From: an uncultured Pseudomonadales bacterium
GTDB lineage: Bacteria; Patescibacteriota; Microgenomatia; UBA1400; CAYXSR01
Length of the DNA: 64,000 nucleotides
NCBI GenBank assembly: GCA_964467735.1
Contig: CAYXSR010000003.1
Span: forward strand, 1,078 to 65,077
Direction of reading: 5' to 3'
Positions 1 to 9,828 of this stretch are shown here, piece after piece. Within the stretch, counting starts at the first letter, position 1. Every line of letters begins with the position of its first letter. The translations under genes were made by a program, and so were the position numbers. Under the pieces are notes generated by a model. The model searched no databases, was not told the DNA's origin, and saw nothing but the letters and a program-made list of their open reading frames with translations.

Positions 1-1
1 T

Positions 2-484
2 GTTATAGGAGATGGTATAAATACGATTAAAAAACTTATTGATCGATTAAATAATAAGAAAAACGTCAGAAATGAACAAATCGGAATTGCTACTTTTAGC
101 CCAGTAATTATTGATGATAGTTTAAGACAAACTCTTGAAAAACAAAACCTAAGGTTAAATTCTGTTCCTTCAAGAGATCAAAAAGTTAATTTGTTAGAAA
201 CTGCCAATCGAGCCTCCGGAGGTTTTACTTATGTTATAAATAATTGGAATGAGGTTGTTCATCCTGAGATTTTAGAAACTATGATCGATGCGACCAAAGC
301 GCTGGCTTTAAAGTTCGCCGCCATTGATGTTGTTTTGAAAAGTTTAGAAATGCCGCTTGGAAAAAAGAACGGTAAGATAATTGAAATCAATTCATCTCCG
401 GGAATTAATATGTTTCACTATCCGGATTCTGGCAAACCACAATTTGTTGCCAAAAAAATAATCAGTTACATCGTCAAAAATTAA
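2..484 (+). CDS. ATP-grasp ligase, cyanophycin synthetase/GshAB-like, C-terminal part (5' truncated by window)
   Basis: Frame is open from base 2: VIGDG..TIKKLI, ANRASGG, AIDVV, IIEINSSPG motifs. Confidence 0.8.
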   Translation, partial: VIGDGINTIKKLIDRLNNKKNVRNEQIGIATFSPVIIDDSLRQTLEKQNLRLNSVPSRDQKVNLLETANRASGGFTYVINNWNEVVHPEILETMIDATKALALKFAAIDVVLKSLEMPLGKKNGKIIEINSSPGINMFHYPDSGKPQFVAKKIISYIVKN

Positions 485-511
485 AATTCTTAGATTTCTA
501 CGAATGAAGGA

Positions 512-1960
512 TTAAATTCTTCTCTTTTTGATCTTTCTTAATCCAAACTCTTTATAAACTAGTTTAATAATTTTTTTAACAGATGGTGCCAGTTTTGTAC
601 TATCCTTCTTATCTAATACTCGTTTTTTGAAAACTAACTTACCAATTCTTAAAATTGGCTTTACTACTTGACCTTTTTGTGGCAAACCATCAGTTACTAG
701 AAGTTCATTTTCCAAATCATGAATATCAAAAGTGGTAAAACCAGGACGAATAAAATTAATTTTATTTTTATCAAATCGATAGATGCCTGGTCTTACATCT
801 TTGGTAACTAACTGATAATCATGGGTTAAATTATTGAGAACCAAATGGCTTCCTTGCTTTGGTCTTTTATAAAGATTATCGATTGTTTTAAAATCCATCT
901 GATAGTTAAGTTTTAAAAGTTCTAATAGGTGAAAAACGTCAAAAGGTGGCTCTTCTTGTTCCATTTGCAACATTGAATAAATTGGAAAAGCGCCAGTATA
1001 ACGCGGATTACATTCACAAGGATAAACTTCTTCAGTTTTCTTATCAACCAATAAATCAATTCCAAAAATGCCTCGATAACTGTGTTTCCACATATATTCA
1101 CCCACTTTTTGAGCAATCAATTCTGCTTGTTTTTGAACTTTTTCAGAATAAACTTTAAAACTCCAATCATGACCACAAAACAAACCACTACCTTTGTCTA
1201 GATTTACAATTGTTGGTTGATCTAAAATTTGTGTTTGAACCGGTCCAGTTAGAATTCCAAAACGAGTAACACAACCAGTAATACTTGGCGAAAAAGCATC
1301 AATGTATTTGGTAACAATCACATGACGCAAATTAAATTGAGAAGACCAAGTAGCAACTTTTTCTTTAAATTTATTAAAATCAGTTATCTTTTTGACAAAC
1401 ACTAAAGAGTACCCTCCTCCTTTCGTAAGCTCTGGCAGAATCAACACTACTTTTTTCCATTTTTTTAAAAAGATTGCTAATTTTTGCTTTGTCAATTCAG
1501 ATATTTTTAATTTCTCTCCAGGAGCAACTTTCACTTTTACCTTCTTAAGTAAAGATCGAAAAAAATCTTTGTTTTCATATGGATCTCTTATTGATGCTCG
1601 ATTAGCAACAATATGCCAGCCAAACTTATCACAAACTTTCTCAATATTCTCTGTTGAGCGATATAAAACTAAATAGGGTTTTGTAGCTAAAGAATTTAGA
1701 TATTCCTGCACTCTAGGATTTTTGACAATTGTCAACGTATTATATTTACCTGCTTTCTCTCCTCTTTTAGTAAAGTTCCTTTCTACCGAAAGAGTTTTCA
1801 TTTTTTGAGCAATTAAATCATTTTCCGCGGCATCCTTCATTCCAATTAACTGATAATCTTTTTTTATTAACCCCGGAACAACTCGATGAAAAGCATTAAT
1901 ATCTAAACCAATTAAAGGCTTTTTAAACTTCAATAATGGAGAAAAGTAATCAGTTTTCAT
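512..1960 (-). CDS. ATP-grasp domain protein
   Basis: YRGIFGIDLL and ECNPRYTG ATP-grasp signature; ATG overlaps end of upstream gene. Confidence 0.8.
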   Translation of the reverse strand: MKTDYFSPLLKFKKPLIGLDINAFHRVVPGLIKKDYQLIGMKDAAENDLIAQKMKTLSVERNFTKRGEKAGKYNTLTIVKNPRVQEYLNSLATKPYLVLYRSTENIEKVCDKFGWHIVANRASIRDPYENKDFFRSLLKKVKVKVAPGEKLKISELTKQKLAIFLKKWKKVVLILPELTKGGGYSLVFVKKITDFNKFKEKVATWSSQFNLRHVIVTKYIDAFSPSITGCVTRFGILTGPVQTQILDQPTIVNLDKGSGLFCGHDWSFKVYSEKVQKQAELIAQKVGEYMWKHSYRGIFGIDLLVDKKTEEVYPCECNPRYTGAFPIYSMLQMEQEEPPFDVFHLLELLKLNYQMDFKTIDNLYKRPKQGSHLVLNNLTHDYQLVTKDVRPGIYRFDKNKINFIRPGFTTFDIHDLENELLVTDGLPQKGQVVKPILRIGKLVFKKRVLDKKDSTKLAPSVKKIIKLVYKEFGLRKIKKRRI

Positions 1961-3260
1961 TTTCAATATTGATCATAAAACCTTTTAGGTCTCGACGGCC
2001 AATAATCATTGGTCTTTTTAATTTTGAGCGGTCAGAAATGTTGGCTACTGTTTTAATTTTTCTGTCTTTTAACCAAAAAACTAATTCTACTAATGGCCTT
2101 CTTTCTCTTCCTAAAGCGCTTCGATAATATTTTTCCAGCAAGACATTTTCCGGATTTAAAAGTCCTAATTGTTCAGCTAACTTTTCATCGATTGATGTCC
2201 GGTAAGCACCAGTGTCAATTTTTGCCTTAACAGGGACTCTTTCTCCTAAAAATGTTCTTACTTCTATTGTTTCAAAAACATCAACGGTTCTCTTACCAGT
2301 TCCAATGTCTCTTAATTTCGGATTGGCAAATAATTCTTTAGAGATTTTTATTCCTTTTTCAGCTGATTCTACTTTTAATCCTTCTATTCTTAGTAAACGA
2401 CGTCTTAAGCCAGCTCGGTTAGCTAATTGAATTTTTAGACCTGGTTGAGCATTCAACTCTAAAACCTTAGGAAATGTTTTTCCGGGTTTTTTTAAAGATG
2501 GCTGAAGAGTAATATCAGCTCTCATAAACCCCAATTTCGGAATCGCAATTTGACAATTAACTGCCAGCTTTAAAACCTCGTCCCACTCGGGAATTTTAAT
2601 TCCTGATAATTTCCTTCTTGTTCCGGGGAAAAACTTTATTGGATCTGTCCATTTAATTGCATAAGTTGTAATTCCGGTTGCCATATCAATTCCACAAGCA
2701 ATTGCCCCTTGGAACATATTGGCTCGGCCGCCAGATTCTTTTGTTGGCAGTCTAAGGTAAGCCATCACTGGCACTCGATTAAAAACCAAAACCCCAATAT
2801 CTGGAGTTCCTCCCCAACAAACTTTTTTAAAAGCAGGGTGAATTCTTATTCTTTCTTCAACAAAAGCAATATCGGGTTTGTTTTCCATAGAAAACCGACC
2901 CTCTAAGATGTCTTGAATAAGCAGCTTAAAATCACCAATTGTTTTTGTTTCCCCTGTAGTTGTAACCCATTCTCCAGCATATTTACCATGTTTAGCAATT
3001 ACTAATATTCCTTCTCCCCCTAAAGAGTTATCTGGTTTTATAACAAAACTCTCTGGGAGTTTTTTTATAAAATCAAACTTATCAATTTCTTCAACTTTTC
3101 TAAAAACTCGATAAAGCTTTGGAATAGGCAATTTTGCTTTTCTTAAGGCTGATTTTGTCAATAATTTATGATTAGCAATTTTTTTTCCGGAGACTCTATT
3201 ATATCGAGAAAGGAAAAGAGTATTGCGGGCATTCATGCCCAAAATGTCTCGAATTTTCAT
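1950..3260 (-). CDS. RimK-related (alpha-L-glutamate ligase-like) ATP-grasp fused to C-terminal retropepsin-like protease
   Basis: ILGMNARN start, FVIKP, RANMFQGA, LELNAQPGL; C-terminal AKIDTGA...IIGRRDL. Confidence 0.85.
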   Translation of the reverse strand: MKIRDILGMNARNTLFLSRYNRVSGKKIANHKLLTKSALRKAKLPIPKLYRVFRKVEEIDKFDFIKKLPESFVIKPDNSLGGEGILVIAKHGKYAGEWVTTTGETKTIGDFKLLIQDILEGRFSMENKPDIAFVEERIRIHPAFKKVCWGGTPDIGVLVFNRVPVMAYLRLPTKESGGRANMFQGAIACGIDMATGITTYAIKWTDPIKFFPGTRRKLSGIKIPEWDEVLKLAVNCQIAIPKLGFMRADITLQPSLKKPGKTFPKVLELNAQPGLKIQLANRAGLRRRLLRIEGLKVESAEKGIKISKELFANPKLRDIGTGKRTVDVFETIEVRTFLGERVPVKAKIDTGAYRTSIDEKLAEQLGLLNPENVLLEKYYRSALGRERRPLVELVFWLKDRKIKTVANISDRSKLKRPMIIGRRDLKGFMINIENEN

Positions 3261-4177
3261 TTTAGAAGACTCTTAAATTTCTTATATTCTAATAGTCTTA
3301 AACCAGCATACTTCCCCACAAAAATATCAAAAACAGCTATTCCAATAATACTTGCTTCTGGATAAAGCAGAACAAATTTCTGTAAAAATTCTAGCTGTAA
3401 AAATAAAGAACAAAATAAGGCAATTACTAAAGTTTCAAAAGTCATCTTCACCGCCTGTTTCATTGACATACCAATATGAATACTAATAAAGTTTTCTGCT
3501 AAAAGAATCAAAATTAAAATTGGAAAAATTGAAAGAGTCATAATTGTCGTAAAATTTAAAACCGGAGCGATAAACAAAACTGCTAAAACACCCAAAGACA
3601 CAAACCACAAAAGTAAGGCCATTCTTGGTAAATATTGAATCTTTATCTTTCGCAAAACTATTCTTGCCCCTGTTGCCACAATGATAATGGTTAAAAAAAG
3701 AAGCAGACCTTCAAAAACACCTGTGGAGACAAAGACAACAGAAAGAACTACGGGCAGAAAAATACCAAAACCTTCCATTCCTATTAAATGTCTCAAACCA
3801 GCAATAATCGCCGCCACTAAAGGAAATAAAAGAATTAAAACCACTGTGTTTGCAGGAACTCCTCTTTTAATAATAAAGCGGATTGCGTGCTGAAGAGGAT
3901 TAGTAAATGTTAATGGCTTTAAGGGATGTTCTGCCAAATGTCTTTCTAATTTATCTTTAATCTCTGGAGTTGGTTCAGTAATATCTGGTTTTTTTTCAAC
4001 TACTCTTTCGACTATTGGTTGAGCTGATTCGCTTGCCTGGGCAGTTGAAGTTGACTCTAAACTTTCATCTACATTTTCAGTGGTAATATTGGAAACCACT
4101 GTTTGTGCCTCTACAAGCTGAGGCTTAAAATTAAAGAAAAATAGAAATACAATTAGAAATAGAAAAATCTTCTTCAT
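3257..4177 (-). CDS. 7TM domain membrane protein (7TM_transglut-like) with N-terminal signal and linker
   Basis: LRHLIGMEGFGIFLP, YLPRMALLL, SIFPILIL..E, GLRLLEY..F motifs; start at MKKIFLFL. Confidence 0.75.
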   Translation of the reverse strand: MKKIFLFLIVFLFFFNFKPQLVEAQTVVSNITTENVDESLESTSTAQASESAQPIVERVVEKKPDITEPTPEIKDKLERHLAEHPLKPLTFTNPLQHAIRFIIKRGVPANTVVLILLFPLVAAIIAGLRHLIGMEGFGIFLPVVLSVVFVSTGVFEGLLLFLTIIIVATGARIVLRKIKIQYLPRMALLLWFVSLGVLAVLFIAPVLNFTTIMTLSIFPILILILLAENFISIHIGMSMKQAVKMTFETLVIALFCSLFLQLEFLQKFVLLYPEASIIGIAVFDIFVGKYAGLRLLEYKKFKSLLK

Positions 4178-4228
4178 CTTCTCTATATTATAACAAAGAA
4201 GCATTAGTCAACAATTAGTAAAGAAATT

Positions 4229-5203
4229 TTACTGACAACCGCCAGTATCTCCAGTTGCAGCTTGAGAAGATAAAGTTGTTTTGCATTCTTTTGGTGGATT
4301 ATCAAAAGAATTACAAATAGCGCTCTTCAAGGCCTCTGGTGTTCGCAGCTGAGTAGCATTAAAGTCTGTCTCATTAATCCTTAATCCTTTATTATAGGCT
4401 TCATTGGGTGGATACAAGACGCCATTAATAAAGATTGTTGGTGAGCCGCTAACTCCACCCATCTGCTCAGCAGCCGCTATATCAGTTCTTAACAAATCAG
4501 TTCCCTGGTTATTAGCACATTCCTCAATCTTGGCGACATCAAATCCTGCTTTTTCTGCCCATTGCTGCCAACACTCACCAATATTATCTAAAGTACAGTT
4601 AGTATTTAAATCATTTACAAATTGCCACCATTTAGTTTTATCCTCAGCCATGTTAAAAGCACAAATTTCGCGGACATCTTGTTTTAACTCCTCTTCTCCG
4701 TGAAGAGAATCGAATGTGCCGATTTCTAAAGGATCACATTCTCCAGTAATACATTCATCAACTGTGTTATAAGGAAAATATTGTTTACAAGTTTCCATGT
4801 CTGGCAATTGACCCTGCTTTATTGCATCTTCACAGCGTTTTTTATTCTCATCATTAAAAAGCCGCTGAGGACAACTTGTTTGGCAAGCATCTTTTGTTTC
4901 TTGAGTAATCTCAGAAACAATATAGCGTGGTTGCCATTCGACTTTATCGCCTAATAAATCAGCGACTGGCTTCAACCCTGTCTCAGCTTGATTACCATAA
5001 GGACAATAACTCATAACAAAAAACTCAATTTTAGGTTTTTTATTCTTAGAAGCTTCAAAAATAGCCGGATCTTCTAATTTTACTTGAGCTCCTTGGACAT
5101 TTTTATTGGTTTTTTCTGCCTGAATTTTATTAAATAAATTTCCCGCTCCAAAAGCTACTATCACTAATAATCCTATTAAAATAGTGTTTGTTTTTAGCTT
5201 CAT
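4229..5203 (-). CDS. Exported Cys-rich thioredoxin-fold/DsbA-like protein
   Basis: N-terminal TM, FVMSYCPYG, SLHG, GVSGSPTIFING; ATGA overlap with ferredoxin stop. Confidence 0.75.
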   Translation of the reverse strand: MKLKTNTILIGLLVIVAFGAGNLFNKIQAEKTNKNVQGAQVKLEDPAIFEASKNKKPKIEFFVMSYCPYGNQAETGLKPVADLLGDKVEWQPRYIVSEITQETKDACQTSCPQRLFNDENKKRCEDAIKQGQLPDMETCKQYFPYNTVDECITGECDPLEIGTFDSLHGEEELKQDVREICAFNMAEDKTKWWQFVNDLNTNCTLDNIGECWQQWAEKAGFDVAKIEECANNQGTDLLRTDIAAAEQMGGVSGSPTIFINGVLYPPNEAYNKGLRINETDFNATQLRTPEALKSAICNSFDNPPKECKTTLSSQAATGDTGGCQ

Positions 5204-5403
5204 TTTTGCTCCATTTCCTGCCAGGAAATTGCTTGAACCGGACAACCATCTATGGCTGATTGAATTGTTTGTTCATCATCTCCTGTTGGATTAACAACAA
5301 CACTTTTACCATTATCATTCAATTTAAAAGTCTTCCCGGCTATCCCCACACAAGCGCTACAACCAATACATTTATTCGCATCAACAATTGGGTTTTTTGC
5401 CAT
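5200..5403 (-). CDS. Monocluster ferredoxin
   Basis: CIGCSAC ... CPVQAI; AAGGAG SD. Confidence 0.9.
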   Translation of the reverse strand: MAKNPIVDANKCIGCSACVGIAGKTFKLNDNGKSVVVNPTGDDEQTIQSAIDGCPVQAISWQEMEQK

Positions 5404-5476
5404 TTTTTTCTCCTTTTTAAATTTGGTTTTTAAATATAGAGGAAGTATACCAGAATCTTTTTCTGATTGCTATATT

Positions 5477-6433
5477 CTAAATTCCTCGCTGTTGAGGAGC
5501 CATTTCTTTTCTTAAATAAACATAAGCTGATCGGCTAGCCAACGCTCCCATTCCACAAGCAGTTATCATTTGAGCAAAACCATAAATAAAATCAGTACAA
5601 TCACCAGCTGCAAAAATTCCTGAGATGTTCGTATTCATCCACTTATCTACTTTAATAAACCCCTGTTCGTTCATTTCTATCCCCATTTCTTGCGCCAAAT
5701 TTGTTCCAGGAACGCCACCTATCTCAATAAATACTCCATCCACAATAAGTTCTTTCTGATTTTTGTAAGGCTTATCTAAAATTATTTGAGTAACCTTCTG
5801 GCCATCCCCTTTAATTTCAACAACATTAGTATCATAAATTGTTTCTCCTTTGCCTGATTTCTCGATATTTTTCCATTCATTTATCCAAGCTGGTTCAGCC
5901 CGTAATTGATCTTTACGATAAATAATGTAAACTTTTTTAGCATATTCTGAGGCATGAACTGCTCCAGAAACTGCTCCATCTGAACCGCCAACTAAGACAA
6001 CAATCTTGTCTTTATAGAAAGGAGCATCACAAGTAGTACAGTAGGAAACTCCTTTTCCTAAATATTCATCTTCGCCATTAATTCCTAAGGTTCGTCTTTC
6101 TGTCCCACTGCTAATAATTAGAGATTTCGCCTGATAAGTTTGTCCTGAAAGAGTATAAACAACGAAGTCTTGTTCATTATTTTTAGTAATTTTTTGAACC
6201 GGATCATAGACAACTGACGTTCCCAAACCCTTAGCATGTTCTTCAATTTTCGTCATTAAATCAAGTCCAGGAATACTCCTGAAACCGGGGTAATTTTCTA
6301 CTTTATGAGCTAAACCAATTGTTCCCCCAATTTTTTTACCTAAAACTAGGTTGGTCAAATTATAACGGCTGGCATATATTGAGGCAGTCAAGCCAGCCGG
6401 ACCGGAACCGATAATAATTAAATCATAAACCAT
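5477..6433 (-). CDS. trxB: Thioredoxin reductase
   Basis: GSGPAG, GVSYCTTCD, IFAAGD. Confidence 0.9.
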   Translation of the reverse strand: MVYDLIIIGSGPAGLTASIYASRYNLTNLVLGKKIGGTIGLAHKVENYPGFRSIPGLDLMTKIEEHAKGLGTSVVYDPVQKITKNNEQDFVVYTLSGQTYQAKSLIISSGTERRTLGINGEDEYLGKGVSYCTTCDAPFYKDKIVVLVGGSDGAVSGAVHASEYAKKVYIIYRKDQLRAEPAWINEWKNIEKSGKGETIYDTNVVEIKGDGQKVTQIILDKPYKNQKELIVDGVFIEIGGVPGTNLAQEMGIEMNEQGFIKVDKWMNTNISGIFAAGDCTDFIYGFAQMITACGMGALASRSAYVYLRKEMAPQQRGI

Positions 6434-6476
6434 TTTTCGAGTCCCAATAAGCAATCAAGTACAAGCTTGAGATAAT

Positions 6477-6800
6477 TTATTTATTATACTTTTTTAAAGT
6501 CTCTATTATTTCTTCTTTTGGTCTTGCTCCCACTAATCTTTCCATTTCTTGACCATTTTTAAATACCACCATTGTGGGTACACTCATAATACCATACTTA
6601 CTGGCTGTTCCAGCAGCCTTATCGACATCGACTTTAGCAATTTTATATTTATTACCAACTTCTCCGGCAACTTCTTCGATTATTGGTCCTAGCATTCGAC
6701 AAGGAGGACACCAAGTCGCCCAAAAATCAACTAATACTACGCCTTTCTCGTCCAAGACTTCTTTTTGAAACTTATCATCAGTTAAATGTAAAACTGTCAT
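6477..6800 (-). CDS. trxA: Thioredoxin
   Basis: DFWATWCPPC, SVPT. Confidence 0.95.
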   Translation of the reverse strand: MTVLHLTDDKFQKEVLDEKGVVLVDFWATWCPPCRMLGPIIEEVAGEVGNKYKIAKVDVDKAAGTASKYGIMSVPTMVVFKNGQEMERLVGARPKEEIIETLKKYNK

Positions 6801-6808
6801 TTTTCTCC

Positions 6809-7045
6809 TTAGAAATTAGAAATCTTTTTTAACATTTCTCTTACTTTTTCTTCTTTATTTTCTCTTAAACAAGAAACGGTTTCCTCAGTTAAAATTTCTC
6901 TAGCTAAACTAGCCAAAGCACTTCTTACCGCACTTATTTGCTGAACAACTTCTAAACATTTCCTTCTCTCTTTATACATTCTTTCTATACCATCAAGTTG
7001 TCCCTTTATTCTAGCTATTCTGGTTATTATTTTATCTTCTGGCAT
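6809..7045 (-). CDS. CsoR/RcnR-family repressor
   Basis: RIARIKGQLDGIERM, CLEVVQQISAVRSAL. Confidence 0.9.
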   Translation of the reverse strand: MPEDKIITRIARIKGQLDGIERMYKERRKCLEVVQQISAVRSALASLAREILTEETVSCLRENKEEKVREMLKKISNF

Positions 7046-7068
7046 CTTTAAATTGCTTCTTCCTTATC

Positions 7069-7110
7069 TATACTCCCACCCAGTATATTCATCTGTTCGT
7101 CTTTTGTCAA
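7069..7110 (-). promoter_or_regulatory. Sigma70 promoter with overlapping CsoR/RcnR-type operator
   Basis: TTGACA(7110-7105)-17 bp-TATACT(7087-7082); inverted repeat TATACT-GGGTGGG-AGTATA at 7069-7087. Confidence 0.85.
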
Positions 7111-8216
7111 GTATTTAATAAAAATCTAACTTTTCTGGACCTAATAATTTTTGATTTTTCTTTTACTTTCTCCCAGTTTTTTTCTCCTTCTTTTTTGGCT
7201 GCCATTGTGCCTTGTCGCGGAGAATAGCGGAAAACATGTGTCTTTCTAAATCTCTTGCCAAGTAATTTTTTAAATTTTTTTAAAGTAATCATCGTTTCTT
7301 CAAATTCTTCTTGGGTTTCTCCTGGAAAACCAACAATGATATCGGTCGAAAAAGAAAAATTAGGAATAATTTTTTTCAAAATTTGAAGTTTTCTAAAAAA
7401 GTCTTCAACGCCATATTTTCTTCTCATTCTTGCTAAAACATTGTTACAGCCAGATTGAAGAGGAATATGAAAATGACTAGTCAGTCTAGGTTGGATTTTT
7501 TTATCTTCGTATAATTTTAAAAATTCCCTATTAAAAGCATTGATATTAATTGAACCAAAAGATATTTTGTCTATTTTTGTGAATTTTAAAATATCTTTAA
7601 CTAGTTTAGCTAAACTAGGCTGATAATCACTTACTTCTACTCCTGTTAAAATTATTTCTTTTATCCCCTCTTTTATTTGTATATTAACTTCTTTAATAAT
7701 TTCCTTAATAGGTCTTGAAATTGAACGACCCCGCAAAAAGGGCACGATACAATAAGTACAAAAATTATTGCAACCTTCTTGAATTTTAATTAATGCTTTT
7801 CCTGAACTGGCATATTTGTCTTTATAAAAATTAGCCAACAAGGGTTTTTTAAAACAGCCTAATTTCTTTTTCAAAATTTCTGGAAGCTTCATTTTATTCT
7901 TATTCTCTATCAATAAATCAATTGAGGAAGAAAATTTTCGAGGAGATTTTTTAAATAGCTTTTCTGCCCAACAGCCAGAAACAATTAAAAAACAATCAGG
8001 ATTCTCTCTTTTAATTTTCCTGATCATTTGCCGTACCTCTTTATCAGCCTTTTGAGTCACACTACAGCTGTTAATAATAACAATATCTGCTATTGATAAA
8101 CTATTAACAACCTTTAATCCGGGAAACCGAGAACATAAAGCTTCTCCCATCATTCGGCTCTCTGCTTGGTTTAAACGACAACCAAAAGTTATTAATTTCA
8201 AATTGAACCTAACCAT
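7107..8216 (-). CDS. mtaB: tRNA methylthiotransferase, MtaB/MiaB family (no evident TRAM domain)
   Basis: TFGCRLNQAES, INSCSVT, QEGCNNFCTYC, DIIVGFPGET. Confidence 0.8.
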   Translation of the reverse strand: MVRFNLKLITFGCRLNQAESRMMGEALCSRFPGLKVVNSLSIADIVIINSCSVTQKADKEVRQMIRKIKRENPDCFLIVSGCWAEKLFKKSPRKFSSSIDLLIENKNKMKLPEILKKKLGCFKKPLLANFYKDKYASSGKALIKIQEGCNNFCTYCIVPFLRGRSISRPIKEIIKEVNIQIKEGIKEIILTGVEVSDYQPSLAKLVKDILKFTKIDKISFGSININAFNREFLKLYEDKKIQPRLTSHFHIPLQSGCNNVLARMRRKYGVEDFFRKLQILKKIIPNFSFSTDIIVGFPGETQEEFEETMITLKKFKKLLGKRFRKTHVFRYSPRQGTMAAKKEGEKNWEKVKEKSKIIRSRKVRFLLNT

Positions 8217-8235
8217 ATTTGAAGATTAGAGGTTT

Positions 8236-8964
8236 TTATTTTTCAGCAACTAAAGTTCCAATCTGTGCTCCTCGAACAATTTCTGGAATCTTACCAATAT
8301 CTTTAACACTAAAAACAATAATTGGTTTTTTCTTTTTCCAACATAAAGCAAATGCCGTTGCATCCATTACTTCTAAATTTTTCTCAATTGCTTGTTTATA
8401 GGTTAATTTAGAAAAACGGGTAGCTTTTGGATTTTTCTGAGGATCTTCAGAATAAATACCATCTACATTTGTTGCTTTCAAAATAGCATCGCAATTAATT
8501 TCACAAGCCCTTAAAGCTGCTGCTGAATCAGTAGTGAAAAAAGGGCTTCCTGTTCCGCCAGCAAAAATAACAATTCTACCTTTTTCTAAATGACGAATGG
8601 CTTTCCTACGAATAAAAGGTTCAGCAATAGCTTTCATCTCTAAAGCAGTCATCATTCTGGTCGGCATTCCTAATCTCTCCAAGGCCTCCTGTAACGCCAG
8701 ACCATTAATTACTGTTCCTAACATCCCCATATAGTCAGCTACTGTTTCATCAACACTTCGTCCCTCTATTTCGCGACCGCGAAAAATGTTACCGGCGCCA
8801 ACCACAATCGCTAACTGAATAGAATTCTTCTCTTTTATTTTAATAATATTGTGGGCAATCTTTTCATAGGCAGAAAAGGAAATACCCCAACCGTCTTTCT
8901 TTCCAAAAAGTTCGCCGCCTAATTTTAAAATTACTCTTTTATATTTAAGTTTTGTATCAACCAT
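8236..8964 (-). CDS. pyrH: UMP kinase
   Basis: KRVILKLGGE, GAGNIFRG, ADYMGMLGT, PFFTTDSAAALRA. Confidence 0.95.
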   Translation of the reverse strand: MVDTKLKYKRVILKLGGELFGKKDGWGISFSAYEKIAHNIIKIKEKNSIQLAIVVGAGNIFRGREIEGRSVDETVADYMGMLGTVINGLALQEALERLGMPTRMMTALEMKAIAEPFIRRKAIRHLEKGRIVIFAGGTGSPFFTTDSAAALRACEINCDAILKATNVDGIYSEDPQKNPKATRFSKLTYKQAIEKNLEVMDATAFALCWKKKKPIIVFSVKDIGKIPEIVRGAQIGTLVAEK

Positions 8965-8981
8965 ACTCCCCCTTCTTTATA

Positions 8982-9008
8982 AAAAGAACACCTAAAAGGT
9001 GCTCTTTT
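8982..9008 (-). terminator. Terminator/attenuator-like hairpin directly upstream of pyrH SD
   Basis: AAAAGAGCACCT-TTT-AGGTGTTCTTTT on minus strand. Confidence 0.65.
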
Positions 9009-9063
9009 GAATTTCAAAATAATTTATAAAAATAGTCTTTGGGCTCAAAAAAAAATTCCTCAT
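8992..9063 (-). CDS. Candidate 23-aa pyrH leader peptide MRNFFLSPKTIFINYFEIQKSTF
   Basis: U-rich ORF 9 nt after TATAAT; stop codon lies inside the terminator hairpin. Confidence 0.4.
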   Translation of the reverse strand: MRNFFLSPKTIFINYFEIQKSTF

Positions 9064-9086
9064 TTGTAAGATATTATACAAAAATA

Positions 9087-9818
9087 TTAATTTTTAGCAA
9101 ATTTTTTATTAATTAAAAAGAAAATGGAAAAAAATATCAGGACAAGACTTATCAATTGGTTAATCCTAAATTTGCCTACCAACCAGCTGTCAATCCGTAA
9201 AAATTCCAACCAAAAACGGCCTAAGCAATATAAAAAGAGATATAACAAAAATAGTTTTCCATTTTTAAGTTTATCCTTATTTTTTATTAAAATTAAAAAA
9301 ATAGCTAAATCCCAAAAACTCTCATATAAAAATAGAGGGTGAAATCTTGAGAAATTTTCATAGCCTGGAAGTCTGTTTTCAGGACTAATGAAAATACCCC
9401 AAGGAAGTTTAGTAGGTAAACCATATAATTCCTCGTTAAGGAAATTCCCCCAGCGACCAATTGCTTGAGCTAAAGGTAAGCTCAAACAGATAACGTCCAC
9501 CAATTTCAAAAAGTCTTTTCTTGTTAGTTTGGTAAACTTAGCAAATAAAAATAGACCTAATACTCCACCAACCAAGGCTCCAAAAATTCCAAGTCCTCCT
9601 TGCCAGATTAGAAATATCTCTCCAGGGTTTTGTTTGTAATATGGCCGGAAGCTAATCATATGGTATATTCGTGCTCCAATTATTCCGGGAATAACAATCC
9701 AGGGGAAAATATCAAAAACAGAGATTCCAATTTCAAAAGGCTTATTTTTTCTAAATTTTTCAACTACAAAAATTGCTATTAAAATTCCTAGAGCAATTAA
9801 AAAACCATAAAAATTCAC
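9087..9818 (-). CDS. lgt: Prolipoprotein diacylglyceryl transferase
   Basis: IGARIYH, WQGGL, QAIGRWGNF.N.E.YG, HP..LYES, EFLR. Confidence 0.92.
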   Translation of the reverse strand: MNFYGFLIALGILIAIFVVEKFRKNKPFEIGISVFDIFPWIVIPGIIGARIYHMISFRPYYKQNPGEIFLIWQGGLGIFGALVGGVLGLFLFAKFTKLTRKDFLKLVDVICLSLPLAQAIGRWGNFLNEELYGLPTKLPWGIFISPENRLPGYENFSRFHPLFLYESFWDLAIFLILIKNKDKLKNGKLFLLYLFLYCLGRFWLEFLRIDSWLVGKFRINQLISLVLIFFSIFFLINKKFAKN

Positions 9819-9828
9819 TTTTGTTTCC

